This document shows, in pieces, positions 12,244 through 25,773 of a DNA stretch of 64,000 nucleotides; the first letter of the stretch is position 1, and the number at the start of each line of letters is the position of its first letter. The notes under the pieces were generated by a model. The model ran no database searches and was not told the origin of the DNA. It saw nothing but the letters and a program-made list of their open reading frames with translations. The stretch comes from Azolla caroliniana (lineage: Eukaryota > Plantae > Polypodiophyta): the NCBI GenBank assembly GCA_043228905.1, contig JBHGNT010000001.1, positions 31,620,001 to 31,684,000 on the forward strand, in the 5' to 3' direction. The position numbers and the translations under genes are program-made.

Positions 12244-15200
12244 GGTATGAAGACTTACTTGTATCCCTGCATTCCTTCTCTTCCCCCCATCTCTATGTAT
12301 CTATAAAAAATCTCCCCCTCTCTCACGAAGAGTAGAATTGCCTTCGAAAATTAAGCAATTCTTTTGAAACCTCTTCTATCTAGTGAAGCAATACCTTCCA
12401 TTTACTTTGAAGGTAGATAGAAGAAGCCCTGGTTTGAATCGGCATTTTGCGCTGAGTTCATTAATTTTGGCGTTTTCGTTTAAGATCGGATTTCCTTTTC
12501 CTTTTCTATGGTGCAAATTCAGTATTATCTGTTCTGATAAAAGTTCTAAATTTCTCCTATACTACCGATTAATTTGTTTTAGTATCAATTGATAGAGGTA
12601 CAGTATAATTAACTGTGTGATCAGTGTTAGAAAAAGAACTCTTTTACCAAGGGAAAGGGAATAAACATTAATCTAAATATTGTGATGATTTATTAACTTT
12701 AAGCTCAAATTTTGTAGTTTTTTTATCTCAAGCTTGTCAAATTTTGGAGGCATTTCTGCCTTCAATTTCAAATTTAAGTTAAAGTAGAAATTACACTGTA
12801 TTCGAGCTTTTGTCGAGCATTGAGATATTGTGTGTATGGCTTGATCATTCAAGCTTTTAGATTGTTATTGCTTTAGACTTGCAACCTGGTAAAGACTGTT
12901 TCAAGACTATAATGGTTCGACCAAATAGGTATCCCATCAAATCTTTGAACTTTCTGGAAAACTCAGTTACAGAAATGGATAAAATTTCTGCTAAATTCCT
13001 ACAGGTTTTGTGGTATTCCTCGTAGTTCTCTAATGGTATCAACACCTCTTTATTCGTTATAACAATCTCTATAACTTTGCAGTATAATATTCTTCTCATT
13101 CTTAATAATCACTGATGGTCATGTAATATTGATTGAAGTTTCCTATTAAAGATTGTCTTCGGCAGAATATTTCATCATATAGCTGGCTTGAAGTTTCCTA
13201 GTTGTAGATGGAAGGCAGGACCTCAACCAGAATTCGGATTAACCAATTCGAAGGGCAGACTTCAGCCCACCCCTCCTAACCATCATAGAAGCAATATGAG
13301 CGTACGAATTAGTAGCCTATGTTCCAAACAAGAGCCTGATTCCGATACCACTCTCTCCTGGAGTCTGCAGAGAGGAAAATGGCTTCTCTTTTTAGTCAGA
13401 TAAAAATTTGCTTACCTTTTCGTTATTCTGTTTCGATGTCCAGGCATGAAAAATGTATAAGCACCTTCCTGTTTTCTACTTGGTATTCACCATGCGCGGT
13501 GAAGATCAAAGCCGCTTGTAAAGCTCTTTCATTCTAATCCACGAATATGACAAAGACTTGATGAAGAAGAAGAAGAATCCCCAAATAACTCCATCCCAGC
13601 AGCCGCAGTTAGATGGCGTGCCTTTACTGTACTGTTGCAGTGACGATTGTCCACTCGCAGTAGGGCTAGTCTCACACCAAACGGTTGCATATTAGGTTGA
13701 TAATCAAGATTCATACTGTACATGTATGTCTGGGCAGGACCTCCAAGGATGCAAGAGTGATAATTACACATCGATCAAATGAGCATTTAGGGTCCAATTT
13801 ATAACTCTCCTTAAAGTCTCTTCAACTGAGGGTACATTCCTATAGTGAAGGTTCGATCTCTTAGTATGCACCTCTGATATTTGGATGGACATTCATCATG
13901 GACATTCTTTGGGCCTATCTGGATGTCCATGGACCTATTTGTACCTCAGACGTTGGTCTTCAAATCTTGGCATCTTGTCATCAAAACAGGAAATGTATCT
14001 CATGCACTTTACGTGAAGGGGGACATGTAAGATCAAGTAAGAGAAAGGAGGTGTTTATCTCTTGTATGAGGGAGTTTAGACGGCTCACGTTTGGGGGTTT
14101 CTTATAAACGTAAGGTGTTTCCAAAATAATTACACCATCTGAAACAAGATTTTCAATGCGTTTATGAGGAGGTAATTATATTTGGGTGAATGCATGCCAT
14201 AAAGAAAACTTAATACCAATTGTGGCTTTGTAGAACTGAAATTCTGATTGCAGTTTAGGAAATGAAATTATGCTAATGAATTTAATGTTCAATGAAATGC
14301 TCAACACTATCACTGTATCAGCTTATTATGTCAATCTGAAGATAAATTTATTTATATGTATTTTTTGCCATGCAAATTATCAACCTGCATCGTTGCTGTA
14401 ACTGCATAAACCTACCTTCTAAATAATGGATGACTCAGGAACATATATTCAACAGCTGATACATGAAGCAAAAACAAGGTGGTTGAAGCCTGCGGAAATA
14501 TGTGAAATTTTAAGTAATCATGACAAGTTACAAATATCTGAAGCCTCACCCAACAAACCTGGAAGTATGGTTTTCTCTCTTACATGATGAAAATAATTTG
14601 CAGATGTTAGGAATAGATTTTCAGATCATATTGAATTGAGTTGACAGTTCTGAACGAAAAGGTTTGAGGCAGAATTGTGTGAATTTATTCAGTTTTTAAT
14701 CAGAATTATGATGGAATGTGATATGCCAGGTGGATTGCTGTTTCTTTTTGATCGTAACAAGCTTCGTTATTTTCGGAAGGATGGGCACAATTGGAGAAAG
14801 AAGAAAGACGGGAAAACAATCAGGGAGGCTCATGAAAAATTAAAGGTGGGGTTTCGTTTAAAATATATGGGGGTAACTGATACCAACCACAACATATTGA
14901 AGATGTCCATATTGACGGACTTTTCATAAGCATCTGTCTTAGCAGCACCAAGATTTTGGATTGGTTCATGGGCATCGTCACTTGTGAATGATATCATCTT
15001 CTTGAAATATAGGAAATTTGATATCGTAGGGATTCTGTAATACTCATGCAATTTTAAAATTAAACTTCTCCCTTTCTCCAGGATGGAAACAAGGATGTCA
15101 TTCATTGTTATTATGCACATGGCGAAGAGGATTCGAATTTTCAACGACGAAGCTATTGGCTGCTTGATGGGTACATTTATTACTTGCAATATTCTAACCA

Positions 15201-18200
15201 ATACAGACAATTAAATACAAATGAACAATCCACTAGTAAGAATTATAAAGCAAACATTGCACACGCCAAACTAAACTTCAGATTTTAAATACAAGTAAAT
15301 GATATGAATTACTGCGATCTCAGCATTAAACTAATTTTGATCCTGTCCTTTCAATCTTTTGAGAACTACCATATAGGGTACCACAATGCCGAACTGGAAC
15401 TGTGACTTGATTATGGTATAAGAAAGTTAGTGTTTACCTAACTTAAGAGATATTGCGAAAGCCTGAAAATTTTCAGGTTAGGTAGTTTTGCACCAGCCGG
15501 GCCCAATTGGCATCTTTTTGGGGATTTATTTGATTGGTAACTAATAGAAGATAATAATATAAGATAATAATATAAGATAAAGTGTAAACATTAAAAAAAC
15601 AGCTTGTAGTTTAAGCCTATTTCAGCCCTGAAACTCATATATGGAGCTGCCACAGTATTGTCCGCTGAGTGCATTAACAAAGAGAGTAAATCAGCTATGA
15701 TTCTTGAAGATTTTTGCTCTCTAATTTGACTCTTTTTCTTCCCCAAAAAAGGTTTGTAAGGCGAGTCTTTCTTGCCTTTCCATGTTGCCGAATGTTATCT
15801 CTTAAAATAACAGATCTTGGTCCTCGGACTTATCCACTCAATATATAAGTAAATTACGTAGGTTCTTACTTAAAGTGACTTAATAAGCACAACTTTGCAG
15901 AGTGTGAGTTATCAATGGTCATGTATGTGCTTATTTTTCTTTGCTTCATGTGATATTCTAAGAGCTTTGGAGGAACAGATATCTGTTTATGAAGAGGTTT
16001 AGGCTATTCGTCAACAATCTAATCAAGACCTTCTAATTTTCTGTTTGACAGGGGTTATGATCATATAGTATTGGTGCATTATCGTCAAGTGACTGAGGTC
16101 CATGTCTCGTCTTTGGTGTATTGTATTAATACGTTCCTCTTTACCATATTTAAACAAAGTAAATCAGAATAATCTTGTTCTATATTTTGGGTGCAAACAG
16201 GGTTACCGATCTGTACAAATGCAACCTCAGCACACTACAAACCATACTAAGTTGAAAAGCGTATCACCCAATATTTCCTCAAGCCCATGCAATGAGACTA
16301 GCGAAAGTTTCAATTCAAATGAAGAAGCAAGTTTTGAAGATACACTTGAAGATACACTTGAAGATAATGTGAACTTACAATTGGATGGATTCCCGAAACT
16401 CCAGTATGAAGATCAATTCCAATTGCCATATGGACTACAGTCATGCAGAAATCACATTCAAGGTGTGGATATGAGTAAAAGTTGCATGTACATAAACATT
16501 TTTATGTATGTATTTTTCCTTTCCTTTTTCTATAAAACATGAAGGTGTCTAATCCGTTTTTACTGATTCTGAATAAATTGCAGAGCCGTATAACGCTTCA
16601 TTATCACCACGGGCAGACCAATGTTTGGATCAAACTGGGATCCCAGATCATGGTATAGTTGCCAACAAAGGAGAGACTATGGGACAAATTCATATGTTGG
16701 TAGAGACTTCAAACAACAATTGCTTTGAAAAACCTGTTACGGATACTAATGAACGAGTTGTAGAGAAGGAAAAATATCTGGTATTCATCTTTGTTCACAA
16801 AATTTCGTCTTTTTATTAAGGCCCATGTTTAATAATAATATGTATACAATAGATTTTGTTCATCGCTTGCTAAATTGGCGCAGATGCTGATAAAGTTGTT
16901 GCATGTACATATTAGTCAGAAGTAGTTCTTATTAATTCATTTTAAGGGGCTGTCAGATACTTCTGAAATAATTTTAATAAATGTATCTAATTCTTTCAAG
17001 AGAGATTGCTGTATGGATTGTGCTGCTCATTTGGCTATATAGTGGAGAGACAGCAACTGCAAGAAAGCCAGTGCAATAGTGTTTGAGCTCTAAAATATAG
17101 CAAGAATTACAAAGGGCGTTTTATCAGTTTTTTTGTCTTTGTTTTGCATTTACTTCTGTTACAATAATTTTGGGTTTTATACGACACATATAAGATTTTT
17201 TTATTATAAATTTATCATTAATAACACCCAAATCTTTTTTTCCAGGCTTCTGAATCCAAAGAACCAGACATGACTGGGAGCGGATTTTTCAATACGGAGG
17301 AAATACAGAAGCTGAAACCGAGTTTATCAGATTTGATGTGTAACGTGCAGTTTGATGCTGCTGACAGAATGGATCCAAGCTGGATTTCTAGGAATATTTC
17401 TTTTGGATCAGAGCCATATTGGGAAATTGATAAAGGCTTACCGACGGGTTATGAAAGTTCAAATTCATCAGGGCAGATGCAGACGATATCCATTCCAGAT
17501 TCGTCATTATTACAAAAACAGCTGTACAGCATTTTGGATTTTGCACCAAATTGGTCATTTGCCTTTGAAGAGGCTAAGGTATAATTCTCTTATATGTAAT
17601 AACTATACAAGATAAAAATTTGTTTATTTACTTGCAAGTTGAAGTCATTTTATTGAACCATTTCAGGTTATAGTGACTGGCATTTTTGTAAATTTGATTG
17701 ATATCTCAACTACTAGATTTTGTTGCATGTTTGGAGAAGTTGAAGTTCCTACAGAAATTCTAAGATCTGGAGCTCTGCGTTGTACAGCGCCTGCACTCAA
17801 ATCAGGAACAGTATCACTTTATGTGACATGTAATGGAATTGCTTGTAGTGAAATTTTGGAATTCAACTATCGAATTAAACTTGATCATGACATAACTAAA
17901 TCAGAGCAAGCTAAGAAAGAATCAGACCAGGAGCAGGATTTGCTACAGCAGATTAGGTTGTCTAAACTGCTGCTTACTCAAGAAGGTGAAATCTATCCTG
18001 AGAAAACATTTGATGATCAACAGGATATTGGGAACAGAAGCGATCAGTGGAATTCTTTGTGTATTGATAAAAGTTCTTGGACCCAGATAGAGGATATGGT
18101 TAAAAATAAGGGATGTGCCTTTGAGGATGGGAAGTCTATGCTTTTACAAATGCTTCTGAAATATGAAATTCAGCAATGGCTTTGTAAAAAGAATTTGAAA

Positions 18201-19904
18201 CATGTCTCTTTGCTTGATAGCCATGGTCTTGGAATTTTACATATGGTAGCTGCACTTGGATATGATTGGGCTATTGCTCCTATACTGGAAACTGGTATTC
18301 GGGTTGATTTCCGTGATATTCATGGATGGACAGCTCTTCATTGGGCTGCATTTTGCGGGAGGTTAGCCTTTTCAACCTCTTGGTTAAAAAGTGTTGCAGT
18401 ACTATTGTGTACATTTTTTCACATTATATCATTGAGTGCATTTGGATAATCTGGTGTAAGAATCTTGTGAATATGTTTAATCTTTGTTTTATTCTCTAGG
18501 GAAAAGGTAATTGCAGTTCTTCTTGCTGCGGGTGCATCTCCCGGTTCCCTAACTGATCCTACTCCATCTGATGCAACTGGACGTATTGCTGCTGATCTGG
18601 CTGCAATGAATGGATATGAGGGAATTGCCGGTTACCTAGCTGAGGCATCATTGACTAGCCACCTCACATCCTTGAAATTAGATGCAGTAAATGGACATGA
18701 AGCTGTAGAAGTTGTATCAGAAAAGAGCATTGTACATGCAAGCTCAGGCATGAGCGAAGATGAACTCTCCTTAAAAGACAGCCTTGCAGCTGTACGAAAT
18801 GCAGCTCAAGCAGCAACACGCATACAATCAGCTTTTCGTGCATATTCATTTAGCAAGAGACGCGTGAAGGATCTGTGCTTGAATGAGTTCGGCATTTCAG
18901 ATGAGACAGCTAGGGCGATTGCTCTTGTGCAAGCAAATCAAGCCATGCTTGGGGACCATCATGAGAAGCTCAATCTTGCAGCTACACAGATACAGTGCAA
19001 ATATAGGGCTTGGAAAGGACGGAAAGATTTTATTTCCTTGAGGAAACATGTCGTGAAAATACAGGTATGCACATAAATGAGGATGTGACTGAAAGCTTCA
19101 AATATTTTACTGCAAATAGTATACACCCACAGTGTTTTCAAGCCAAAGTAATAAATTTAAAAGGTAGGCAGCTGCGTCACATCCGTGTTGATTATCAAAT
19201 GGATTGTTTTATTGGTAATGACCCACATTAAATACTCTATCTAGTCCAAGTTTCCTATTGCCAGGGGCACCATAGTCGAGAAGTCCCACTAAACTCACAA
19301 TGATGCATGTGCCATGAACTGATACTATCGCCACTTGACTAATTATATTGTGCAAATGGTTGGATGTTTATTTTTCCAGGCTCATGTACGTGGGCATCAA
19401 CTTCGCATAAAATATAAAAAATTGCTATCAGTTGTAGGGATCATGGAAAAGGCAATCTTAAGGTGGAGACGCAAGGGAACAGGATTGCGAGGATATAAGA
19501 CTGAAGCTATTGCCGAATATGACAGTGATGATGAGACATTTCTCAAGGACTTCAGGAAGCAAAAGGAAGAAGCCTTCGTTGATGCATATAGACGAGTAAA
19601 AGAAATGGTAGAAAACCCCAAGGCACGTACTCAATATCGACGAATGCTAGAAATCTACAATGAGCGACGGGAGAAGGTTTGTCTCATTGCCTAGTGTAGA
19701 TGAAGATGTGTGGAGTGCTCATGTTTTCAATTGATACATTGGATTCAATTCTTGTTTATTTGTCATATGTTTCATACATGTGGTACTAATGCTTTGCTCC
19801 TTTAGGGAAGACACTTCATTGACACTGATATCATATTCGACGACGAGCTGATGAGTCTTCTCGCTGATAATGAATTCTCAATGACATGCTCCTCAAGCTT
19901 GTGA
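12178..19904 (+). CDS. CAMTA: Calmodulin-binding transcription activator (CG-1, TIG, ankyrin, IQ/CaMBD); multi-exon
   Basis: EAKTRWLKPAEICEIL; LRYFRKDGHNWRKKKDGKTIREAHEKLK; HCYYAHGE..NFQRRSYWLL; CMFGEVEVP; GWTALHWAAFCGR; IQSAFR; QAHVRGHQ..ILRWRRKGTGLRG. Exon 1 (12178-12244) is phase-compatible with exon 2 (from 14439); stop at 19902-19904. Confidence 0.93.
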
Positions 19905-20776
19905 GCAACTTTAAAATATATTCAAAGAGAACTCTGAATTCTCACCATGTAATATAGTTACATTTGAGGTCATGTTGTAAAGTGAGCAAATGTGTTGAAT
20001 AGAAGACATGTACATTCTACTCTCCCCTACCATTTCCAGCAGAAAGGTAGACACCATAATACATCTGACATGTTGCATAGTGAATGTTGAAAATACTTTC
20101 TAGTTTCCTTTCCTTATCTCTGATTTTTGTACCACTTCCAATGGTGGACTGAAATACACATTTGTGCATATGTACTCATACTTGTTCTCTCAGTCTCTTT
20201 CTCCCCCTCCCCATAAAAGAAACTGACATAGAGAAAGTAAAGTATGGCTTGTGCCAAAAGCTGTTGATACTTCATTGAATCTAACCTCAGTATATACTTG
20301 GGCATATTACATGTTGACATCAAAGATTTGCAACATGTGACATTCACACAAAGGGGCATATATGTTGGATATGTTCTGGCAATAAATGACAAACAAATAG
20401 TACATTGAATCTTATTCACAAACATTACTCCAAAATGTTATAGCACAGTATGACGAATGATGGCCTCTTGTTTCCAAACATAACAATGATTTAGCCTCCT
20501 TTCTATAAGGCACAGTAAATATCATCATATGATCTTCAATATAGATAAAGTCCTAGGCCCAAGGATTCACAAATAGTGATGAAAAAGATAGATTCATGGT
20601 CTTCATGTTACGTTCATCCTTTCATGCGAATGATAGATCCATCTACCTCCGGGGACTTGAATTTAAACCTCTAGTTCACCTTGGGTAGAGTTTCTTGGTG
20701 GTTGGGTTATACAGCCAGCAGAGATACACCTTGTCATGCTTCACATCATCCATCTGTCGTTACAGACGTCAAACCT

Positions 20777-23652
20777 CTAGTTAATCACGTTGGGTAGAGT
20801 TTCTTGGTGGTTATACTGCAGAGACGTACTCATGCTCAGGGGAGGCTCAAATGCATTACTACTATTCCAAACACATGCCACTTTGTCAGGAATGTAAGCA
20901 GAGTGATTTGCAACGTAATCATGAGGAAGAACTCGTAAATAATCTCCTTGGTTTCGAGCATTACCTATTCTCCCTACTTGGCAAATTGGCTTCTCCTCAG
21001 ATGGTGATAGGCATGTTGGTGGTGGCGGGTAATTATTAGCCATAGCTATTGCGTTAGCAAGAGCTTCTGAGGCACTTTCTGCACATTTCTTTTCTTTTAA
21101 TTCCAACCCTTTACTGCCAAATTTGAGACGTTCCTCCAAATTTGTGAACATAGGTGATAGGGAGAGTGCACTCAATGCAGACATTCGTGGATTTCTGGAG
21201 AGTCTTCCAGAGTGTTGAAGTAAAGGTAGCTCATAAGGTTCATAGCTCTGCCATTTCTTGTTGGAAGATCTCTGTGTCTTCTGTTCTTGCCCAAGTTTTG
21301 CTCCCTCAGAATAATTATCATCACCGCACCAAGATGGAGGTGGTGATAGTGTCTGCTGATTTCTTTGAATTTCCAATGAATATTGATCACATTCCATGGA
21401 TCCTTTACATGGTTTTCTTATTGGATTTGATGCTTCTTCTGAAGCAATATTGGGCGGTTGCAACCAATTCATAAAATGACAGAGATTGATCACGGTTGAT
21501 GCTCCACCCAAAAGAGGGGATGATCTTGTTTCTCCACAAGTGCCTAAAAAGACCAAGATATAAAACATTCAGTCATCATGAACTTAAAAACACAAAAATA
21601 ATTTACCTTGAAAGAGAAAAAAGACCGTAACTGTTCAACTGTGGGAGAGAGCTCGCAAAGCTGCATCCAGATTGTGGCATATCCCACCGCTCATACTGAT
21701 GCCTACATGCACCATTGGTTATTTATAACGGAATATAATACAGTGGCAATAACCCCCATCCTCAAATTTCGAAGTGAAAGCAACAATGCACCTGCTGCCT
21801 CGCATTTTTGAACCTCCTCGTGAATATCCACTACTCTTTCTGTAGAACATATATGTGTGTATATATGACTGAAAGTTGATACACCAAGTATGCAACAAAA
21901 TGATTCTCATTCGTTTTTTACAATATAAGAAAAAGGCACGACCAACCTCCTCAATGATGCAAGATAGTTTTCCCTTGATACACTCTGCATTTCATCAATA
22001 TCCCGAGCATAATCACTGACCTGAGCAAACAAGCAAATGAAATTGTCATATTAAAAGAATATTAAGAAGACCATGCATCATAGTAATTATGTAGGCATAG
22101 AGCTAGATGTTCTACTGGGAAATTAATGAGAGTTCCAGGTCCCCAATACTTGAGAGCAGCAAGGTCATATGCGTGAGCAGCCGCTTCTTCATCATCATAA
22201 GCACCTATAGATCATCTCTTCTACCATTACACAACATAAAGAGTCTGAAGAAGTAAATGAAAGCTTGAACAATAACAACAGTACCAAGGTAAACTGTATC
22301 CAGCATCCATTTTCGAGATTTGAGTGGTTCCATGGCATCGAATGACAAACCAAGAAGTTATATTGAGTGTATGAAAGATGGGAATGTAGGCATGCATCAC
22401 CCATAAGATTCACGTCCAAAATGAACACAAACGAACATTGTAAAGTATTCCGAGGGATGGAATAACAAACCAAGAAGTTAGATTTAGAATTTAAAAGGCA
22501 GGAATGTAGGCATGCATGACCCATAAGATTCATGTCCAATAAACAAAATGGAATATTGTGAAGTATTCTGACTCAGAGGAATGGAGATTTTACCTTGCTT
22601 TCCTTTCTTGTTTTGATTCTGATTCCAAGTGCTTTTATCCCAGAGATGAGCCTCATAACGGCCTGTCCAGCGATGTCTAGAGATGTAAACACATAAAAAA
22701 GGGTGAAATTAGGTAAAAGAATGTGGTATATGAAGGGCCAACAGGTAAAATACGCCAACATCAAATCATGTATGCTAAGAATGTGGCATGAAATGTTAGC
22801 AGAACATCACTTAGGTAAAGAATGCGGTCATGAGTTTGTTGTGCAGATGAAAACAAATGAAATCAATAAGCAGAGCATTATTTACGTTGAGGATATGGTG
22901 CTAAACGGAACTGAATTTAGATCAGGAATGTGGTACAGGGACAGAAAGATAAAGGTAGAATCAACTAAACGAACATCATTTTGGTAAAGAATTTGACACG
23001 CGAAAAACAGATAAAAGGCGATAGCAGAACATCTTAAAGGTTAAGCATGTGAAAAAAGAGACCTTGTGACTCCTCTATAGATGGAGCTACGCTTGCCAGC
23101 AGCACAGGGTGGAATTTTGCTGATTCTTTCTTTCGCAGTGGAAGCCCTGCATCGTTTTGAACCTGATCTCTGTGATCCCTTACTGAGATGAAGATCATGG
23201 TCGTGTGGACCAACTTCCTCTTCTCCTCCTACATTATTAGTTCGATCACCATACGGAACAGTACAATTCTCAACATAAAAAGCGGCCCTTTTCTCCTTAT
23301 CATCCTCATCATCGTCTTCGTCTTCGTCATCATCTTCCTCTAGTTCCTCGGCATCTGGTTCATCATTTCCCACTGCTTCTCGTTCGTCTTCTTCTTCTTC
23401 TTCTTCTTCTTCTTCTTTACAGCCTACTTGGTCTGGCATCGTTTCTCCCTGGACTCTAGGGTTTGCTTCAATCTGAGAATATGCTGCAGCCGTGGAAGCT
23501 CCGTATGCACCGTCACTACCACTACCACTACTAGCAGCAGAAAAAGAAGAAGAAGAAGACATGGAAAGCTTCAAGGAACTGCTAAAAGTGTATTTTGGGT
23601 TTGAATTGGAACGGTCTATTTTTTCAGAATATGTATGTACATATGTGGACAT
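20777..23652 (-). CDS. AP2/ERF transcription factor of the ANT/WRI lineage, SMOS1/WRI2 (At2g41710)-like; multi-exon
   Basis: [13 protein letters not shown]|[27 protein letters not shown]|VYLG|[29 protein letters not shown]|[25 protein letters not shown]|KSSGYSRG; second AP2 repeat degenerate; start could alternatively be ATG 23562. Confidence 0.88.
22285..22293 (-). other. 9-nt microexon encoding VYL of the AP2 domain
   Basis: cag|TTTACCTTG|gtac on the minus strand converts KGKQ-GAYD into KGKQVYLGAYD. Confidence 0.88.
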
Positions 23653-24830
23653 ACATATTGCAGAGGGCCATCATTACAGACAGTAAGTTGGTCGGCTGGC
23701 CCGAGAAATCCATGTTGTTGTTCGGTCTACAGCCACCGGAAAACTTTTCATAGCAAACATCCCACAGTGTTGATGCTTACAAAATTCAAACAACACGGTT
23801 TTCTCCTTCGCCTCTGTCGGTAGTGCAGAAGGAAGTCTTTTTCGAGGTGCATGCACTCCGAATTGAAGGACAACGTAGCAAAATGATTCGTTCAATCAGA
23901 GATCACTTGAATCAAGAAAATTGTGCTTAAGTTATATCCTTTTGTGAAATTAAACTCACAAAATGTGACCTATCTCCTAAACTTCCTCAAGTGAGTTTGG
24001 GATGTCAATCGATAGGGCAACATTGTTGCGAAAGAGTGTAACCAATGCCACCTGGATATGCAACCCTAGGGTTCCTACTATTTAAATTGATCGATTATTC
24101 ATGACGCTTCGTTGGGTTCTCTTCAAAACTCAAGTAAATGCATTTACAACTAATCATTCTTATTTTTTGTACATGCAACAATGATACGTAGATTGTGGAC
24201 ACTCTTTCATATACAAGAGATATGGGAATCATTCCAACATCTAGATTTCCTATCATTGCCAACGTAAGCTACTTACAATGAAAGATACATAAGTTGTTTG
24301 ATACTAAATGAGAGCATGGGGATATAGATTGAATTTGGTTTAGCTTCTTCTAGGTACTTAGTTTAATGTTCATTTCCAACCACACACGGGTAAGTATTAT
24401 GTAGAAACAAAGATTCTTGTTATTATGAATTTTGCTAATTTTGACTGCAAAAACAGTTTATTCTGATCCTTCTTGGATGCAGCACCTAAAATTTAGAAAG
24501 CAAAAGAAGAAAAAAGAGGCACCATGAAAAATGTACAAGTTGTGTCCAAATAAGGGATGGTTATAATCCACGTATGCTACACAACAATCTTCCATTCCAA
24601 ATATGTACGTTTACTCACTTCGAAGTAAAGATGCATTGTTGCTTTATGCACATTGTCAACATCACAAACCCATTTATACTAAATTGTTTGCTTATGGTCA
24701 TTAAATATCAAAACTTCATATAACATCACGAGGCATAATATGATTTATATGCTTATTTGAAAGTAGCTCAAATTTGCATGCGCACCTTCAGCTTTCAGTC
24801 TACAAATTTAGCACCCACAAAGTGAAGGCC

Positions 24831-24848
24831 ATACATGGAGAGAAAATC
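24831..24848 (+). repeat. Left copy of 18-bp target-site duplication
   Basis: ATACATGGAGAGAAAATC, identical to 42203-42220. Confidence 0.9.
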
Positions 24849-24894
24849 CAATCGATCATATCTCAGAAATGTACATGGAAGTATTTGAAAAAAT

Positions 24895-25563
24895 AGAAAT
24901 CATAGTATCTTGGCTATTGGGGGGACTAAATACTTTGCAAGAAAATGGATCTATTTTATTTCGACACTCCTGGAATCTTATTCTGATTCTTGTGTCAAAT
25001 ACAATCGAGTGTTTTTTGAAAGGCTATCCAAAGATTCCTTTTTTTTCTTGGGTTATAACCTGGGTTTTCGGTCAATAGTAAGGAGAGTTCGCGTCAGCAA
25101 TGCAGGAGGAGAACCCTACTTCAGCCTTTTTGTGACCAATCAAGTTTTTACGGAACTCCCGATTACGCTTATGGTTAAGCTTATGGCAAGAAAGAGTTCC
25201 TGCGACAGTGCCGGACATCCGATTAGTAAATCGGCTTGGGTTACGCTTCCAGATCACGATATTTTGAATAGATTTGGACACATTTGGAGGATCCTCTCTG
25301 TTTTTTATGGTGGTTCTACAAATCGAGATGGATCGCGTAGATCGAGATATATTTTGCGATTATCATGCGATAAAACTTTGGCCTGTAAGCATAAAAGTAC
25401 AACCCGTTCGTTGCAACGCAGATTTGATTCGGAAACTTTTTTAGATAATAGTGTTAAGTATAATGAGATGACGTCTAATCTATCAAATGATCCAAGATCT
25501 TGGTATATGAACGTCATTCGACCCGCCGTATCGACGCTAGCAATATGGGAAATACAAAAATAG
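24895..25563 (+). pseudogene. matK: Plastid matK, 3' part (domain X)
   Basis: SILAIGGTKYFARKW; GHPISKSAWVTLPDHDILNRF; YILRLSCDKTLACKHKST. Confidence 0.93.
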
Positions 25564-25773
25564 CTCCCCTCTCTATTGATACAATCGGAATTATCTCTCT
25601 TCTTAGTATTAGTAGAAAGTTGATCTTGAATCGATTCATAAAAAAATCTAATTGTTTTTGTCTTGCAGTTTACATAGACGCAAAAATACCTAGATAATTG
25701 ATTTGGTTGACCCTTCAATTAATTGCGCATAACACAATAATATAAAAATAATTATATTACCTTGATTTTCATT

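Noticed and set aside
13150-13780. GC-richer block in CAMTA intron 1 as a nested gene or retroelement relic
   Set aside because: Frames are interrupted and I could not recognise any motif.
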